Origin: an uncultured Chloroflexia bacterium
Lineage (GTDB): Bacteria > Chloroflexota > Anaerolineae > JAAYZQ01
Direction of reading: 5' to 3'
NCBI GenBank assembly: GCA_963700285.1
Contig: CAVOXA010000010.1
Location: forward strand, 448,001 to 512,000
DNA: 64,000 nucleotides
Each line of letters begins with the position of its first letter. Position 1 is the stretch's first letter. Under the pieces are notes generated by a model. That model was not told the origin of the DNA and searched no databases. It saw only the letters and a list, made by a program, of their open reading frames with translations. Shown one piece after another: positions 48,669 to 58,355 of this stretch. Made by a program: the position numbers and the translations under genes.

Positions 48669-49205
48669 ATGCTAGGAGTCCAGGATTTCATCGGCTACTA
48701 TGACTGGACCTTTGAGTACCTGCGCCGCAACTATGGCGAGCAGGCGGTACGTGACTACTGGGGCAAGGCCATCGCCTTCGATTCCCAGCGACATGCGCGC
48801 CAGCTCTTTTTGGACAAAGGGTTCGACGGTATGTACGAGTACTGGGCCCACACCCTGGAGATGGAAGAGGCTGGCTATACCTTTGACCGAGGCCAGGACT
48901 ATTTCCGCACGGACATGTTTGACTGCCCCTCCAAGGGGCACCTGATCCAGCGTGGCCTGGAGGCCTACCACGACTACTGTGAACACTGCATGGGCTGGAT
49001 CAAGCCCCTGATGGAAGAGGCCGGGTTCGTCGTCAATCACGAACACAACCACGCGGGGCAGTGCTGGTGGGAAATGCGCAGGGCGGATGACCGCAGCGTC
49101 AAACCCCCACCGGTAGAAAACCCCAACGACGTGCGCAGGTTGGAGAACTGGCGGCAGGAAAGCCACCACCTGCACCTGAACAGCGAGCCTGTGGACGAGG
49201 CATAG
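48669..49205 (+). CDS. Hypothetical four-Cys protein, paralogue A2
   Basis: MLGVQDFIGYYDWTFEYL...DCPSKG...YCEHCMGW...HEHNHAGQC; ATG 48669 behind AAGGAGG. Confidence 0.75.
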   Translation: MLGVQDFIGYYDWTFEYLRRNYGEQAVRDYWGKAIAFDSQRHARQLFLDKGFDGMYEYWAHTLEMEEAGYTFDRGQDYFRTDMFDCPSKGHLIQRGLEAYHDYCEHCMGWIKPLMEEAGFVVNHEHNHAGQCWWEMRRADDRSVKPPPVENPNDVRRLENWRQESHHLHLNSEPVDEA

Positions 49206-49455
49206 CTGTACCGCCCCGTGCCAGGCGGACCAGCCGTTCCGGCTGGCCTTCGCCCAGCTTGGACCTGGCACACGAGCGTGATACCGGAAAGGAGGTGATA
49301 AAGCAGCCCGGAGCACCGTAGACGCCGAGGACTGGCCCTGAAGGGCAACCCTACAAGTGCCCGCGAGGCTGTCCCGTGCCGTGGGCTAGCGTACCCACTT
49401 CCGGTTGAGACAGTTCAAACCATCTACAAGCTTTTCAAAAAAGGGAGGAAAAAAA

Positions 49456-51265
49456 GTGAAAAAGTCTCTATCGTTCCTGTTGGTACTCATCATGGTGCTG
49501 GCCGTGATCGCGGCCTGCGCACCCGCCGAGCCCGAGGTCGTCGTAGAGACCGTGGTGGTCGAGAAGGAGGTCGAGAAAGTCGTCACCGAGGTCGTCGAGG
49601 TCGAGAAAGAAGTTGTCAAAGAGGTCGAAAAAGTCGTCACCCAGGTCGTTGAGGTCGAGAAGGAAGTCGAAAAGATCGTCACCCAAGAGGTCGAGAAAGA
49701 GGTCGTGGTCACGCCTACACCCAGGCCAGCAGCCCGTGGTGGGCTAATGACCGCCGGTTTTGACGTCGGACCGGGTGGATTTCCCCGAGCGCTTTGACGC
49801 CTGGAACTCTACGGCAGGCTACTATTTCACCGAGATGTACCTGTCCAAGCTGGTCCACTACTGCGACGTCACCCTGACCGAGATCTGCGGCGACCTGGCC
49901 GAGAGCTGGGAGATCTCCGACGATGGCCTGGAGATGACTTTCAAGCTGCGCGAGGGGGTAACCTGGCACGACGGTGAGCCCTTTACCGCAGACGACGTCA
50001 AGTTCACGCTGGACATGATAGCCACACCGGCTGTCGCTTCCCGCTATAGAACCACGCTGAACACGGTGGTCGGCCACAAGGACCTCGAGGACGGCAATGC
50101 CACCGAGCTGGCCGGCGTCGAGGTGGTAGATGACTACACGATCAAGATCACCCACAGCTCACCTAATGCTGCCTTCCTTGATACCCTGTCCTTCCTCTTC
50201 ATCATGCCCCGGCACGCCATGCAGGAGATCCCGGTCGAGGAGGTAGCCAACAACCCCTGGTGGCAGACCAGTCCCGTGGGGACAGGCCCCTTCAAGTGGG
50301 TCAAGTACGAGACCGGCCAGTACGTGGAGCTGGAGCGTTTTGAGGACTATTGGCGGGGCGCGCCGCTGCTGGACCGCCTGGTCAACCGCTACTTCCCCGA
50401 GCCGGGGACAGCCGTCCTGGCCCTGGAAGCTGGCGAGATCGACTTTACCTACGTCACGGCCGACGAGATGTTCCGCCTCAAGGAGAACCCGGCCATTGAG
50501 ATCATCCCCGGACCCTCGTGGGTGCTGCTGTCCATCACCCTCAACAAGAGCCTGCCCACCTTTGCCGACCCGCGCGTGCGCCAGGCATTCATGTACGCCA
50601 TCGACCGCCAAACCATTGTCGACACGCTGTGGCAGGGTACGGCCGAGGTCGTCAACTGCAACTACCGCCTGGACCAGTATGTGCCGGACGACATCAACCC
50701 CTACGAGTACGATCCGGAGAAGGCCAAGGCGCTGCTGGACGAGGCCGGTTTTGACTACAGCCAGGAGTTTGAGCTGCTGACCTACTACAACGACCAGCTC
50801 TCCATGGACATTCTGGCCGCCATCCAGCAGTACATGGCCGACGTGGGCGTCAAGATCACGCCGCGACCGGTGGACGTACCCACCTTTGTGGCCGAGTACT
50901 ATACCGAGGATCCCAAGTGGACGATGTGGTACGGCGGCTCGGGCAACGGCCCCGACCCGGACGTACACTATAACTCCTACCATAGCGCAGCGGCCTGGCC
51001 GGCGGGCAGCAACGCCCACTTTTACAGCAATCCCGAGGTGGACGCTGCCTTTGACGCGGGCCGCGCCGAGATGGATCCGGCAGAGCGCGTCAAGGACTAC
51101 CAAGAGGTATGCCGCCTGCTGAACGCGGACGCGGCCAGCGCCTACATGTTCGAGAGCGTACGCTACGGTGCAACTACGGGGCACATCGGCAACTTTGTCT
51201 ACACCCCATCGCCCGGCAGTGGCCGCTTCTACAACGCTGCCGAGACCTGGTACGTGGAGCGGTAG
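49456..51265 (+). CDS. Peptide/nickel-type (family 5) ABC substrate-binding lipoprotein; +1 frameshift near 49785
   Basis: GTG start, lipobox IAAC, long VEKEV repeat; then GDLAESW, LREGVTWHDGEPFTADDV.FT, PVGTGPF. Extra base in the tttcccc run. Confidence 0.85.
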
Positions 51266-51272
51266 TCTCCAG

Positions 51273-51411
51273 TCCTCCCGCAGGTTGTCCATGACTGAGC
51301 CCTGCTCTATTGGGTATCGAAACAGATGGATAGCCTGTACCACAAGGGCAAACCTGCGGGAGGATGAGTGTTTGAACCTATCAGGCGCCTTCGCCAGGCG
51401 AGGGCGCCTGA
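51273..51411 (+). terminator. Structured intergenic region after binding-protein gene
   Basis: 14-bp inverted repeat (51273-86 / 51351-64) plus hairpin at 51381-51411. Confidence 0.5.
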
Positions 51412-51476
51412 CAAGCTTTCGAGCGACCTTTCGATATCCAGAGAAGAAAGCTTGTCGACTCTGGCTGGAGGAATGC

Positions 51477-52433
51477 ATGGGAAGATATATCACCCGGCGG
51501 ATCCTGATCAACATCCCAGTACTGATTGGTATTACCTTTATGATCTTTGTGTTCATCGAAGCGGCGCCTGGCGACCCGCTGGCCTTCTGGGTCAGCCCGG
51601 AGTTCGGCCAGGATGAGGGCCAGATGGAAGTCCTGCGAGAGCGTTTTGGTCTGAACGACCCCTTTGGCGTCCGTTACCTGCGCTGGCTGGGGCAAGCGCT
51701 GACGGGCAACCTGGGGTTCCGCTACAAGAATTTTGAATCGGTCAGCGCCTCCATTGCCTCACGTATTGGGCCGACACTACTACTAATCGGCAGCGCCATG
51801 ATCGTAGGCATCGGCATTGGCATCCCGCTGGGTATGCTATCGGCGCTGAAACAGTATTCATTCACCGACTTTTCTCTAACAGCCTTTGCCTTCCTGGGCA
51901 TCTCGATGCCTGCCTTCTTTGCCGGCCTGGGCGGCCTGTACCTATTTGCCATCAAATGGGATTTGGTGCCCGTGGGTGGGATGTACACCATCGGACCGGA
52001 GCGGACGGTGCTGGATACACTACACCACCTGGCCCTGCCCGCCGCCATCCTCAGTCTGTCCTATATCGCCATCCTGACCCGTTACACCCGGTCCAGTATG
52101 TTGGAGGTCATGCGCCAGGATTACATCACGACTGCCCGGGCCAAAGGTCTGCGGGAAAGACTGGTGATCGTCCGCCATGCATTTCGCAACGCGCTGATCC
52201 CCATCCTGACCGTCATCGGGCTCAGTCTACCAAACTTGATCGCCGGTGCCGTTTTCATCGAGACCATTTTCGGCTGGCCCGGCCTGGGCCGTCTGTACAT
52301 TGATGGCGCCCAGTCCCGCGACTACCCCATGGTACTGGGCATGGCCCTTATCACGGCCTTGATGGTCTTGGTGGCCAACTTGCTCACAGATATCACGTAT
52401 GCCCTGGTTGACCCTCGCATCCGGTACGAGTGA
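51477..52433 (+). CDS. Opp/Dpp-type ABC permease (OppB-like)
   Basis: YITRRIL, PGDP, DYITTARAKGL, RDYP, DPRIRY. Confidence 0.9.
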   Translation: MGRYITRRILINIPVLIGITFMIFVFIEAAPGDPLAFWVSPEFGQDEGQMEVLRERFGLNDPFGVRYLRWLGQALTGNLGFRYKNFESVSASIASRIGPTLLLIGSAMIVGIGIGIPLGMLSALKQYSFTDFSLTAFAFLGISMPAFFAGLGGLYLFAIKWDLVPVGGMYTIGPERTVLDTLHHLALPAAILSLSYIAILTRYTRSSMLEVMRQDYITTARAKGLRERLVIVRHAFRNALIPILTVIGLSLPNLIAGAVFIETIFGWPGLGRLYIDGAQSRDYPMVLGMALITALMVLVANLLTDITYALVDPRIRYE

Positions 52434-52491
52434 TGAGGGGTGAGGGTGAGGCTGCGGCTAAGGTTGAGATTGGAGTTGAGAGGGTTATTGT

Positions 52492-53445
52492 ATGAGCAAT
52501 CCTGAGTCGGGAGAAGTGGCAGAGTTGGCCACGAGTTCCGCTGTCATATCCCCTGAAGTCGATCTGCCGCGGCAATCGGTGGACTCACCAAGCCGCCGGG
52601 CCATCCGCCGCTTCCGGCGGCACAAGCTAGCTATGGTGGGTACCGGAATCATGCTGGTCCTGATCCTGGCCGCCATTTTTGCCCCGGTCATCGCCCGCTA
52701 CGATCCCAACCGAGTGGATCTGAGGGAGATGAATCAGCCCCCCAGCGCCGAACACTGGTTCGGGACCGACCGGACAGGCCGCGACATCTGGGCCCGTACC
52801 ATCTATGCCGGCCGGGTATCCCTATCGGTGGGCCTGGTGGCGGTCCTGCTCTCCACTTCCATCGGCGTCACCCTGGGCGCCATCGCCGGCTTCTATGGCA
52901 AGGCCCCGGATTTCACCATTATGCGCCTCACCGACATGGTGATGTCCTTTCCCGTCATCATCATCGCTCTGACCATCGTCGCCATCCTGCCCCAGGACTG
53001 GTTCAAGTACAGCATCGTGGTGGTCATGTTCGCCATCGGCCTGCTCACCTGGCCGGCCGTGGCCCGGCTCACACGGGGGCAGATCCTATCATTGCGGGAG
53101 ACAGATTTCGTTATGGCGGCGCGCTGCCTGGGGGTGACCAACGGGCGCATCATCTTCAGACACGTCCTGCCCAACGCCATGGCGCCCCTGCTGGTTTCGA
53201 TGAGCTTTGCCATGGCCGCCGCGATCCTGCTCGAGGCCGGGCTGAGCTTCTACAACCTGGGCGTACAGCGCCCTACGCCGAGTTGGGGCAATATGCTGGA
53301 GCCAGCCCGGGCCCTGACGGTCCTGGAGGGCACTCCCTGGCAATGGATCCCGCCGGGCATTCTGATTGTGATCTCGGTACTGGCCATCAACTTCATCGGA
53401 GATGGGCTGCGCGACGCGCTCGATCCGCGGATGAGGCTTGACTGA
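52492..53445 (+). CDS. Opp/Dpp-type ABC permease (OppC-like)
   Basis: HWFGTD..GRD, FVMAARCLG, PSWGNML, GDGLRDALDP. Confidence 0.9.
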   Translation: MSNPESGEVAELATSSAVISPEVDLPRQSVDSPSRRAIRRFRRHKLAMVGTGIMLVLILAAIFAPVIARYDPNRVDLREMNQPPSAEHWFGTDRTGRDIWARTIYAGRVSLSVGLVAVLLSTSIGVTLGAIAGFYGKAPDFTIMRLTDMVMSFPVIIIALTIVAILPQDWFKYSIVVVMFAIGLLTWPAVARLTRGQILSLRETDFVMAARCLGVTNGRIIFRHVLPNAMAPLLVSMSFAMAAAILLEAGLSFYNLGVQRPTPSWGNMLEPARALTVLEGTPWQWIPPGILIVISVLAINFIGDGLRDALDPRMRLD

Positions 53446-53466
53446 GGGCAAGAAAGAGGTAACCGA

Positions 53467-54576
53467 ATGAAGTTCGAGCGACTGGAGATACGCTATGTTA
53501 GCCTGCCACTGCTCTACCCGTGGCGAACAGCCTATGGTGCGGACGCCGAGGTAGACTCGGTCCTGCTCCACGTCCACTCCGGCAGCCACGACACCTGGGC
53601 CGAGACCACACCTCTCAGAGCGCCCCTGTACTCGCCCGAATTCACCTGGGGTGTCTACACTTTGATCAGCGAGTTCCTCGCCCCCGTGTTGATCGGGCAG
53701 GAGTTTGAGACAGCTGATGCCCTCCTGGCGGCGCTGCGCCCCTTCAAGGGCAATCCCTTTGCCAAGGCGGGGCTGGAGATCGCCTGGTGGATGCTCCAGG
53801 CCAAGATTGAGGGCCGTCCACTGCACGAATTGCTGGGGGGCAAGCAGCGCGACGTCGAGGCAGGCGCGGATTTCGGTATCCAGGATTCCATCGACATGCT
53901 GCTGGCCAACATCCAGGGGGCCTTTGACCAGGGGTTCAAACGCGTCAAGCTAAAGTTCGGCCCCGGTTGGGACCTGGAGATGCTCAAGGCCGTGCGCTCC
54001 ACCTTTCCTACCCAGGTCTTTCACATCGACTGCAACTCGGCCTACACGCTGGACGACCTGCCCATGTTTCGCGAAATCGATAGGATGGGGCTGGCCATGA
54101 TCGAGCAACCGCTCTACTACAACGACCTGCTGGCCCACGCCGAACTCCAGAAGCAGTTGGAAACGCCCATCTGCCTGGACGAATCGATCAAGTCGGTGCG
54201 GGATTTTGAATGGGCCATCCGGCTCGGATCATGTCGTGTCCTCAACATCAAGCCGCCCCGCGTCGGCGGCTTGTCGGCTTCGGTGGCCCTACACGATATA
54301 GCCAGGGATGCTGGCATCCCCTGCTGGGTGGGCTCCATGCTGGAGAGTGGCGTCGGCATGGGGGTGCTGATCGAGCTGGCCACCCTGCCCAACTTTGGCT
54401 ATCCCAACGACCTTTTTCCCAGCCCGCGCTTCTACGTCCAACCTCTGACCGAGCCGGTGACAGCGATCAATCAGGATTGTACGTTCTCGCCCTCTACTGT
54501 GCCGGGGACTCCCTACGTGCCAGACCTGGCCATTCTGGAAGGTACCACTCGCTTCAAGACAGTGGTGGAGGCATGA
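53467..54576 (+). CDS. menC: o-succinylbenzoate synthase / N-acylamino acid racemase (enolase superfamily)
   Basis: KGNPFAKAGLE, RVKLK, DCNSAY, IEQPL, ICLDES, NIKPPRVGG, GSMLE; no men genes nearby, so a racemase role is more likely. Confidence 0.8.
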   Translation: MKFERLEIRYVSLPLLYPWRTAYGADAEVDSVLLHVHSGSHDTWAETTPLRAPLYSPEFTWGVYTLISEFLAPVLIGQEFETADALLAALRPFKGNPFAKAGLEIAWWMLQAKIEGRPLHELLGGKQRDVEAGADFGIQDSIDMLLANIQGAFDQGFKRVKLKFGPGWDLEMLKAVRSTFPTQVFHIDCNSAYTLDDLPMFREIDRMGLAMIEQPLYYNDLLAHAELQKQLETPICLDESIKSVRDFEWAIRLGSCRVLNIKPPRVGGLSASVALHDIARDAGIPCWVGSMLESGVGMGVLIELATLPNFGYPNDLFPSPRFYVQPLTEPVTAINQDCTFSPSTVPGTPYVPDLAILEGTTRFKTVVEA

Positions 54577-55712
54577 TGACGGATCTCACTCCCCGCGAGC
54601 TGATGCGCCGGACCATGCGCCGGCAGCCCACGCCACGCATCCCGACCATGCCCCAGATTTGTCACGACACTCCGGTACGCGTGTTCGCGGCCGAGGATGG
54701 CGTCGATTGGCTCGAGGGCATGAAACGCTGTATCGAAGACCCATTCCTGATCTACGACTATGTGATACGGCTGGTAGAAGCTGTAGACTGCGATGGCCTC
54801 CGCCTCTTTGTCAAACCGGAGCCCATGAGGATCGAGAGAAACGGCGACGATCTGCTGGTGCTGGATCGGGAGACAGGGCGCCGCATTGGCAAGATCGATA
54901 CCATGGGCGGTGGTGGGTTTATCCCGGACAGGCCGCAGCCGCCCGTAGAGGACCTTGATGACGCGGCCAGGCGACTGGAGGCCATGGTCCGGGAGTTCAC
55001 CGACGAAAAGATGGAGCTGCTGCGCCAGGCGCGGGAACGGGTTCCCACCCGCTTTGTGGCCGGGGCGCCCGGCGGCATCACCATGAACACCTACACCGCC
55101 TTTCGCGGCCGAGCCCAGGCCATGATGGACTTTTACGATCGACCCGATTTCGTCAGTGCCGTGATGGATATGCAGGCCGAAGCCGTGATCCAGCGGGCCG
55201 AAAAGCTGCTGACAACGGGCATCGACGTCTTTTACATCGGCGATCCGGCGGCTAGCGGAAGCCTGATCAGCCCCAAACATTTTGAGAAATTCTGCCTGCC
55301 AGCGTACCAAAAGTTCTGCCGTCACTTCCGCGACGAGGACATCCTCATCTACATCCATATCTGCGGCAACTCGGACCCGATCCTGGAGATGATGGCCGAC
55401 ACGGGCGCTCACGTGGTGGAGCCGCTGGATCCGCTGGGCGGTGTCTCGGTGGCCGACGCCAAGCGCCGCATCGGGGATCGCGTGGCGCTCATGGGGGGTG
55501 TCAACACACTCACCCTGGCCCACGGTACTCCCGAGGAAGTGCGGGCCGAGGCTATCCAAAAGTGCTGCGAGGGCGGTCCTTATGGCTACGTCCTGGCCGC
55601 TGGCGACATGGTACCACCCGAGACACCGCTGGAAAACCTGCAGGCCATGGTCGACGTCGCTACCAAGAGCCTTTGGAACGGGTCACAGGCAGGAGACAAC
55701 GCTGGCAGATGA
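54573..55712 (+). CDS. UroD/MtaA-like protein
   Basis: GDPAASGSLISP..F..F.LP, IHICGN, LMGGVN, AAGDMV, TPLENL. Confidence 0.85.
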   Translation: MMTDLTPRELMRRTMRRQPTPRIPTMPQICHDTPVRVFAAEDGVDWLEGMKRCIEDPFLIYDYVIRLVEAVDCDGLRLFVKPEPMRIERNGDDLLVLDRETGRRIGKIDTMGGGGFIPDRPQPPVEDLDDAARRLEAMVREFTDEKMELLRQARERVPTRFVAGAPGGITMNTYTAFRGRAQAMMDFYDRPDFVSAVMDMQAEAVIQRAEKLLTTGIDVFYIGDPAASGSLISPKHFEKFCLPAYQKFCRHFRDEDILIYIHICGNSDPILEMMADTGAHVVEPLDPLGGVSVADAKRRIGDRVALMGGVNTLTLAHGTPEEVRAEAIQKCCEGGPYGYVLAAGDMVPPETPLENLQAMVDVATKSLWNGSQAGDNAGR

Positions 55713-56785
55713 TCAGTTCGAAGGAACGGGTGTTGGCGGCCGTAGACCATGAGGTGACCGACCGCGTACCACTGACCTTTGATGCCGAGCCCGAGGTCTA
55801 CAATGCGCTGCACCAGCATCTGGGCACCACCTCGAAAGAGGATCTTTTTGACCGGCTCCACGCGGATACTTGGATACTGCTGCCCAAGAATTTCGTTTAC
55901 ACCGAGGATCAGGAGGATTGCGTGGAAAAGACGGCCATCTGGGGCTACAAGCTGAGGTCCACGCCGTATTCGGGTGGTACGTACGACTCAGTATCTATCA
56001 ATCCATTGGCCGGCAAGGATGATCTACAGGACATTGACAATCACCCCTGGCCCGATAGCGGGGCACTGGATTTCGCGCACTTTTCGGCCGAGGCTGCGGC
56101 GCACCAGGACAGAGCCACCATCGGCGTCTTTACCTGGGGGGCGTTCCACATTGCCTGCATCGTCCGGGGCATGGAGGATCTGCTGATCGACTTTGCGGTC
56201 AGGAAGCCCTATGCCCATCATCTGCTTGACACCATCGCCCAGCGGATGTATGCCTACCTGGATCAGATGTTGGAGGAGCACGGAGAGGGCATGGACATCG
56301 TTTACATGTGCGACGATTATTGCTCGCAGCGAGGACCACTGTTCAGCCCCAAGATGTTTGAGGAGTTCATCATGCCCTACCTGACCGTGGTAGCGGACCG
56401 GGTCCATCGCCATGGAAAGAGATTTTTGCTCCACGTCTGTGGATCCGTGCGGCCGCTCTTGCCCATGATTATCGAGGCTGGTGTGGATATCCTGGAACCG
56501 ATCCAGACCCGCGCCGCGGGCATGGAACCTGCGGCACTCAAACGCGACTTTGGCCAGCAGCTCTGCTTCTACGGAGGGGTAGACCTCCAGGAGACGCTCT
56601 GCAAGGGCACGCCCCAGCAGGTGGCCGCTGAAGTCGCCTACTTGATCGACATATTGGGCCAGGATGGGGGTTATATTCTAGGCCCAGGACACACCTATAT
56701 CCAGGTCGACGCCCCACTTGAGAATATCACAACCATGTACGAGACAGCCTTCCGTTACAGGCCCTGGATGGGGGAAAGGGGGTGA
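55709..56785 (+). CDS. UroD/MtaA-like protein
   Basis: SSKERVLAA....DRVP, RGMEDLL, CDDYCSQ, LHVCGS, FYGGVD, GPGH, PLENI. Confidence 0.85.
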   Translation: MISSKERVLAAVDHEVTDRVPLTFDAEPEVYNALHQHLGTTSKEDLFDRLHADTWILLPKNFVYTEDQEDCVEKTAIWGYKLRSTPYSGGTYDSVSINPLAGKDDLQDIDNHPWPDSGALDFAHFSAEAAAHQDRATIGVFTWGAFHIACIVRGMEDLLIDFAVRKPYAHHLLDTIAQRMYAYLDQMLEEHGEGMDIVYMCDDYCSQRGPLFSPKMFEEFIMPYLTVVADRVHRHGKRFLLHVCGSVRPLLPMIIEAGVDILEPIQTRAAGMEPAALKRDFGQQLCFYGGVDLQETLCKGTPQQVAAEVAYLIDILGQDGGYILGPGHTYIQVDAPLENITTMYETAFRYRPWMGERG

Positions 56786-56893
56786 GATCGCGACAAATCT
56801 GCCGGTAGCGTGTTATCCATTGGCATGACCTAGAGAAAGGCATCCAAAAAAGTGGCCTGGAATGGCCAAAAAGAGAGAAAAAGGGAGGAAGAC

Positions 56894-58225
56894 ATGACAG
56901 AGCTAAGTCGCAGACAATTGCTCAAGTTAATGGGCGCGGGCGCCGCAGGCGCCGTGCTGGTCGGGTGTGGCGCGACGCCAGAGCCGGCCGCACCGGCGGC
57001 GGCCCCCACAGAGGCGGCAGCAGCAGCAGCGGGAAAGAACTATGAGGGCGTCACGATCCGCATGCTCAGCCAGGGTGGTGCTTCCTACGAGAAGCCGGTT
57101 ACGCTCTATGCCAAAGAGTTCGAAGAGATGACCGGAGCCAAGGTCGAATTTGACTGGGCGCCCTGGGAGTCCATGATGCCCAAGATACAGGCCGACCTGG
57201 CCTCGGGTACTCCCCAACTGGACATCTTTATGAACGACATCGAGTTCCAGTACACCATCTGGCCGAATTTGCTCCCTCTTGACGACCTGATCGAAAAGAG
57301 CGGCTACAACATGGACGGCTTCTTTGAGCCAGTGTACACTTTTGGCGGCAACGTGGCCAACCAGGGCAAGCGGTTCGGTATCCCCATCACCGCTGGTGTG
57401 GCCGTCGTCTTTTACCGCACCGACCTCATCGACGAATTTCCCACCACGTGGGATGAGTACGAGAAGCTGCTCATCGATCTGAAAGAGAAAACGGGCAAGC
57501 CGCCGCTCGGATTCGCAGGAGTAACGGCCCAGTTGGTCAAACTGTTCCTGGCCCGCTACTGGTCCAAGGGCGACCCACTCTTGACCACAGACTGGCAACC
57601 GCTGATCAACAGCGAAAACGGCGCCGAGGCTCTGACCATGCTCAAGGACTATGCCCTCAACTATGCGCCGGATGGCGTCCTGGCCTGGGACAACCCCGAC
57701 GGCTGCAACGCCTTCAAGGTCGGCGACATCGTGGTCCTGGAAAGCTGGCCTGGGTTCTGCCTGGAGAGCTTTGAGGAAGACGATTCCATGGTCAAGGGCA
57801 AGTGGGCCATGGCCAAGTACCCGGAGGGCGGCACCGGTAACTTTGTGCAGCATAACGCCACCATTCTCAATACCTCCGAGAACCAGGACGCGGCTTTCGA
57901 TTTCATCGCCTACATCACCAACGAGGAGCAGCAAAAGCGCTCTGCGTTGGAGTATCTCAACGACCCGGCCCGCAAGTCCCTTTACAACGATCCAGAGGTC
58001 GTAGAGCAGTTCCCCTGGTACCCGGACTATGCCAACGTCTTGGACGCCGGCAAGCCCTTTGCCCCCGGCGTGCCCCAGTGGCTGGAGATGTTCATCTCTG
58101 TAGGCGAGGCAGCCTCGCTGGCGATTTCGGAGCAAAAAACGCCCCAGGAAGCGCTGGACGAAGCCGCAGCCAAGTGGGATGAGTTGTTTGAGCAGAACCC
58201 GATGGAATTCGAGTACGTGGAGTAA
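56894..58225 (+). CDS. Sugar ABC substrate-binding protein with Tat lipoprotein signal
   Basis: MTELSRRQLLK...LVGC; FEEMTGAKV, FYRTDL, QEALDEAA. Confidence 0.9.
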   Translation: MTELSRRQLLKLMGAGAAGAVLVGCGATPEPAAPAAAPTEAAAAAAGKNYEGVTIRMLSQGGASYEKPVTLYAKEFEEMTGAKVEFDWAPWESMMPKIQADLASGTPQLDIFMNDIEFQYTIWPNLLPLDDLIEKSGYNMDGFFEPVYTFGGNVANQGKRFGIPITAGVAVVFYRTDLIDEFPTTWDEYEKLLIDLKEKTGKPPLGFAGVTAQLVKLFLARYWSKGDPLLTTDWQPLINSENGAEALTMLKDYALNYAPDGVLAWDNPDGCNAFKVGDIVVLESWPGFCLESFEEDDSMVKGKWAMAKYPEGGTGNFVQHNATILNTSENQDAAFDFIAYITNEEQQKRSALEYLNDPARKSLYNDPEVVEQFPWYPDYANVLDAGKPFAPGVPQWLEMFISVGEAASLAISEQKTPQEALDEAAAKWDELFEQNPMEFEYVE

Positions 58226-58231
58226 TCCCAA

Positions 58232-58314
58232 TCAATCGCTCCGCGCAGCGCGTGCGGAGCGATTGACTGGACCTGGAGTTGTCCAACACCGGTCCTTCAC
58301 GACCGGTGTTGGAC
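58232..58314 (+). terminator. Two tandem hairpins after binding-protein gene
   Basis: 13-bp stem (58232-44 / 58254-66) and 14-bp stem (58281-94 / 58301-14); no U tract. Confidence 0.55.
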
Positions 58315-58355
58315 TCCATCTTCCGCCAGACTGACTGCGAGGACGCTATCTCGAA

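Noticed and set aside
49540-49715. CRISPR-like or VNTR repeat (gaggtcgagaa units)
   Set aside because: The repeats are in frame, encode the VEKEV linker and have no unique spacers; no cas genes are present.
50159-51556. Long antisense ORFs (for example 50159-51556, 56927-58231, 41802-43037, 6945-7970, 10536-11531)
   Set aside because: Shadow frames of GC-rich genes on the other strand, with no recognisable motifs or RBS.
52434-52486. Degenerate hexamer run (tgaggg/tgaggc/taaggt/tgagat)
   Set aside because: Short low-complexity intergenic tract with no evidence of function.
53467-54576. Menaquinone biosynthesis operon
   Set aside because: No menB, menD, menE, menF or menH nearby; the context fits the racemase activity of this subfamily better.
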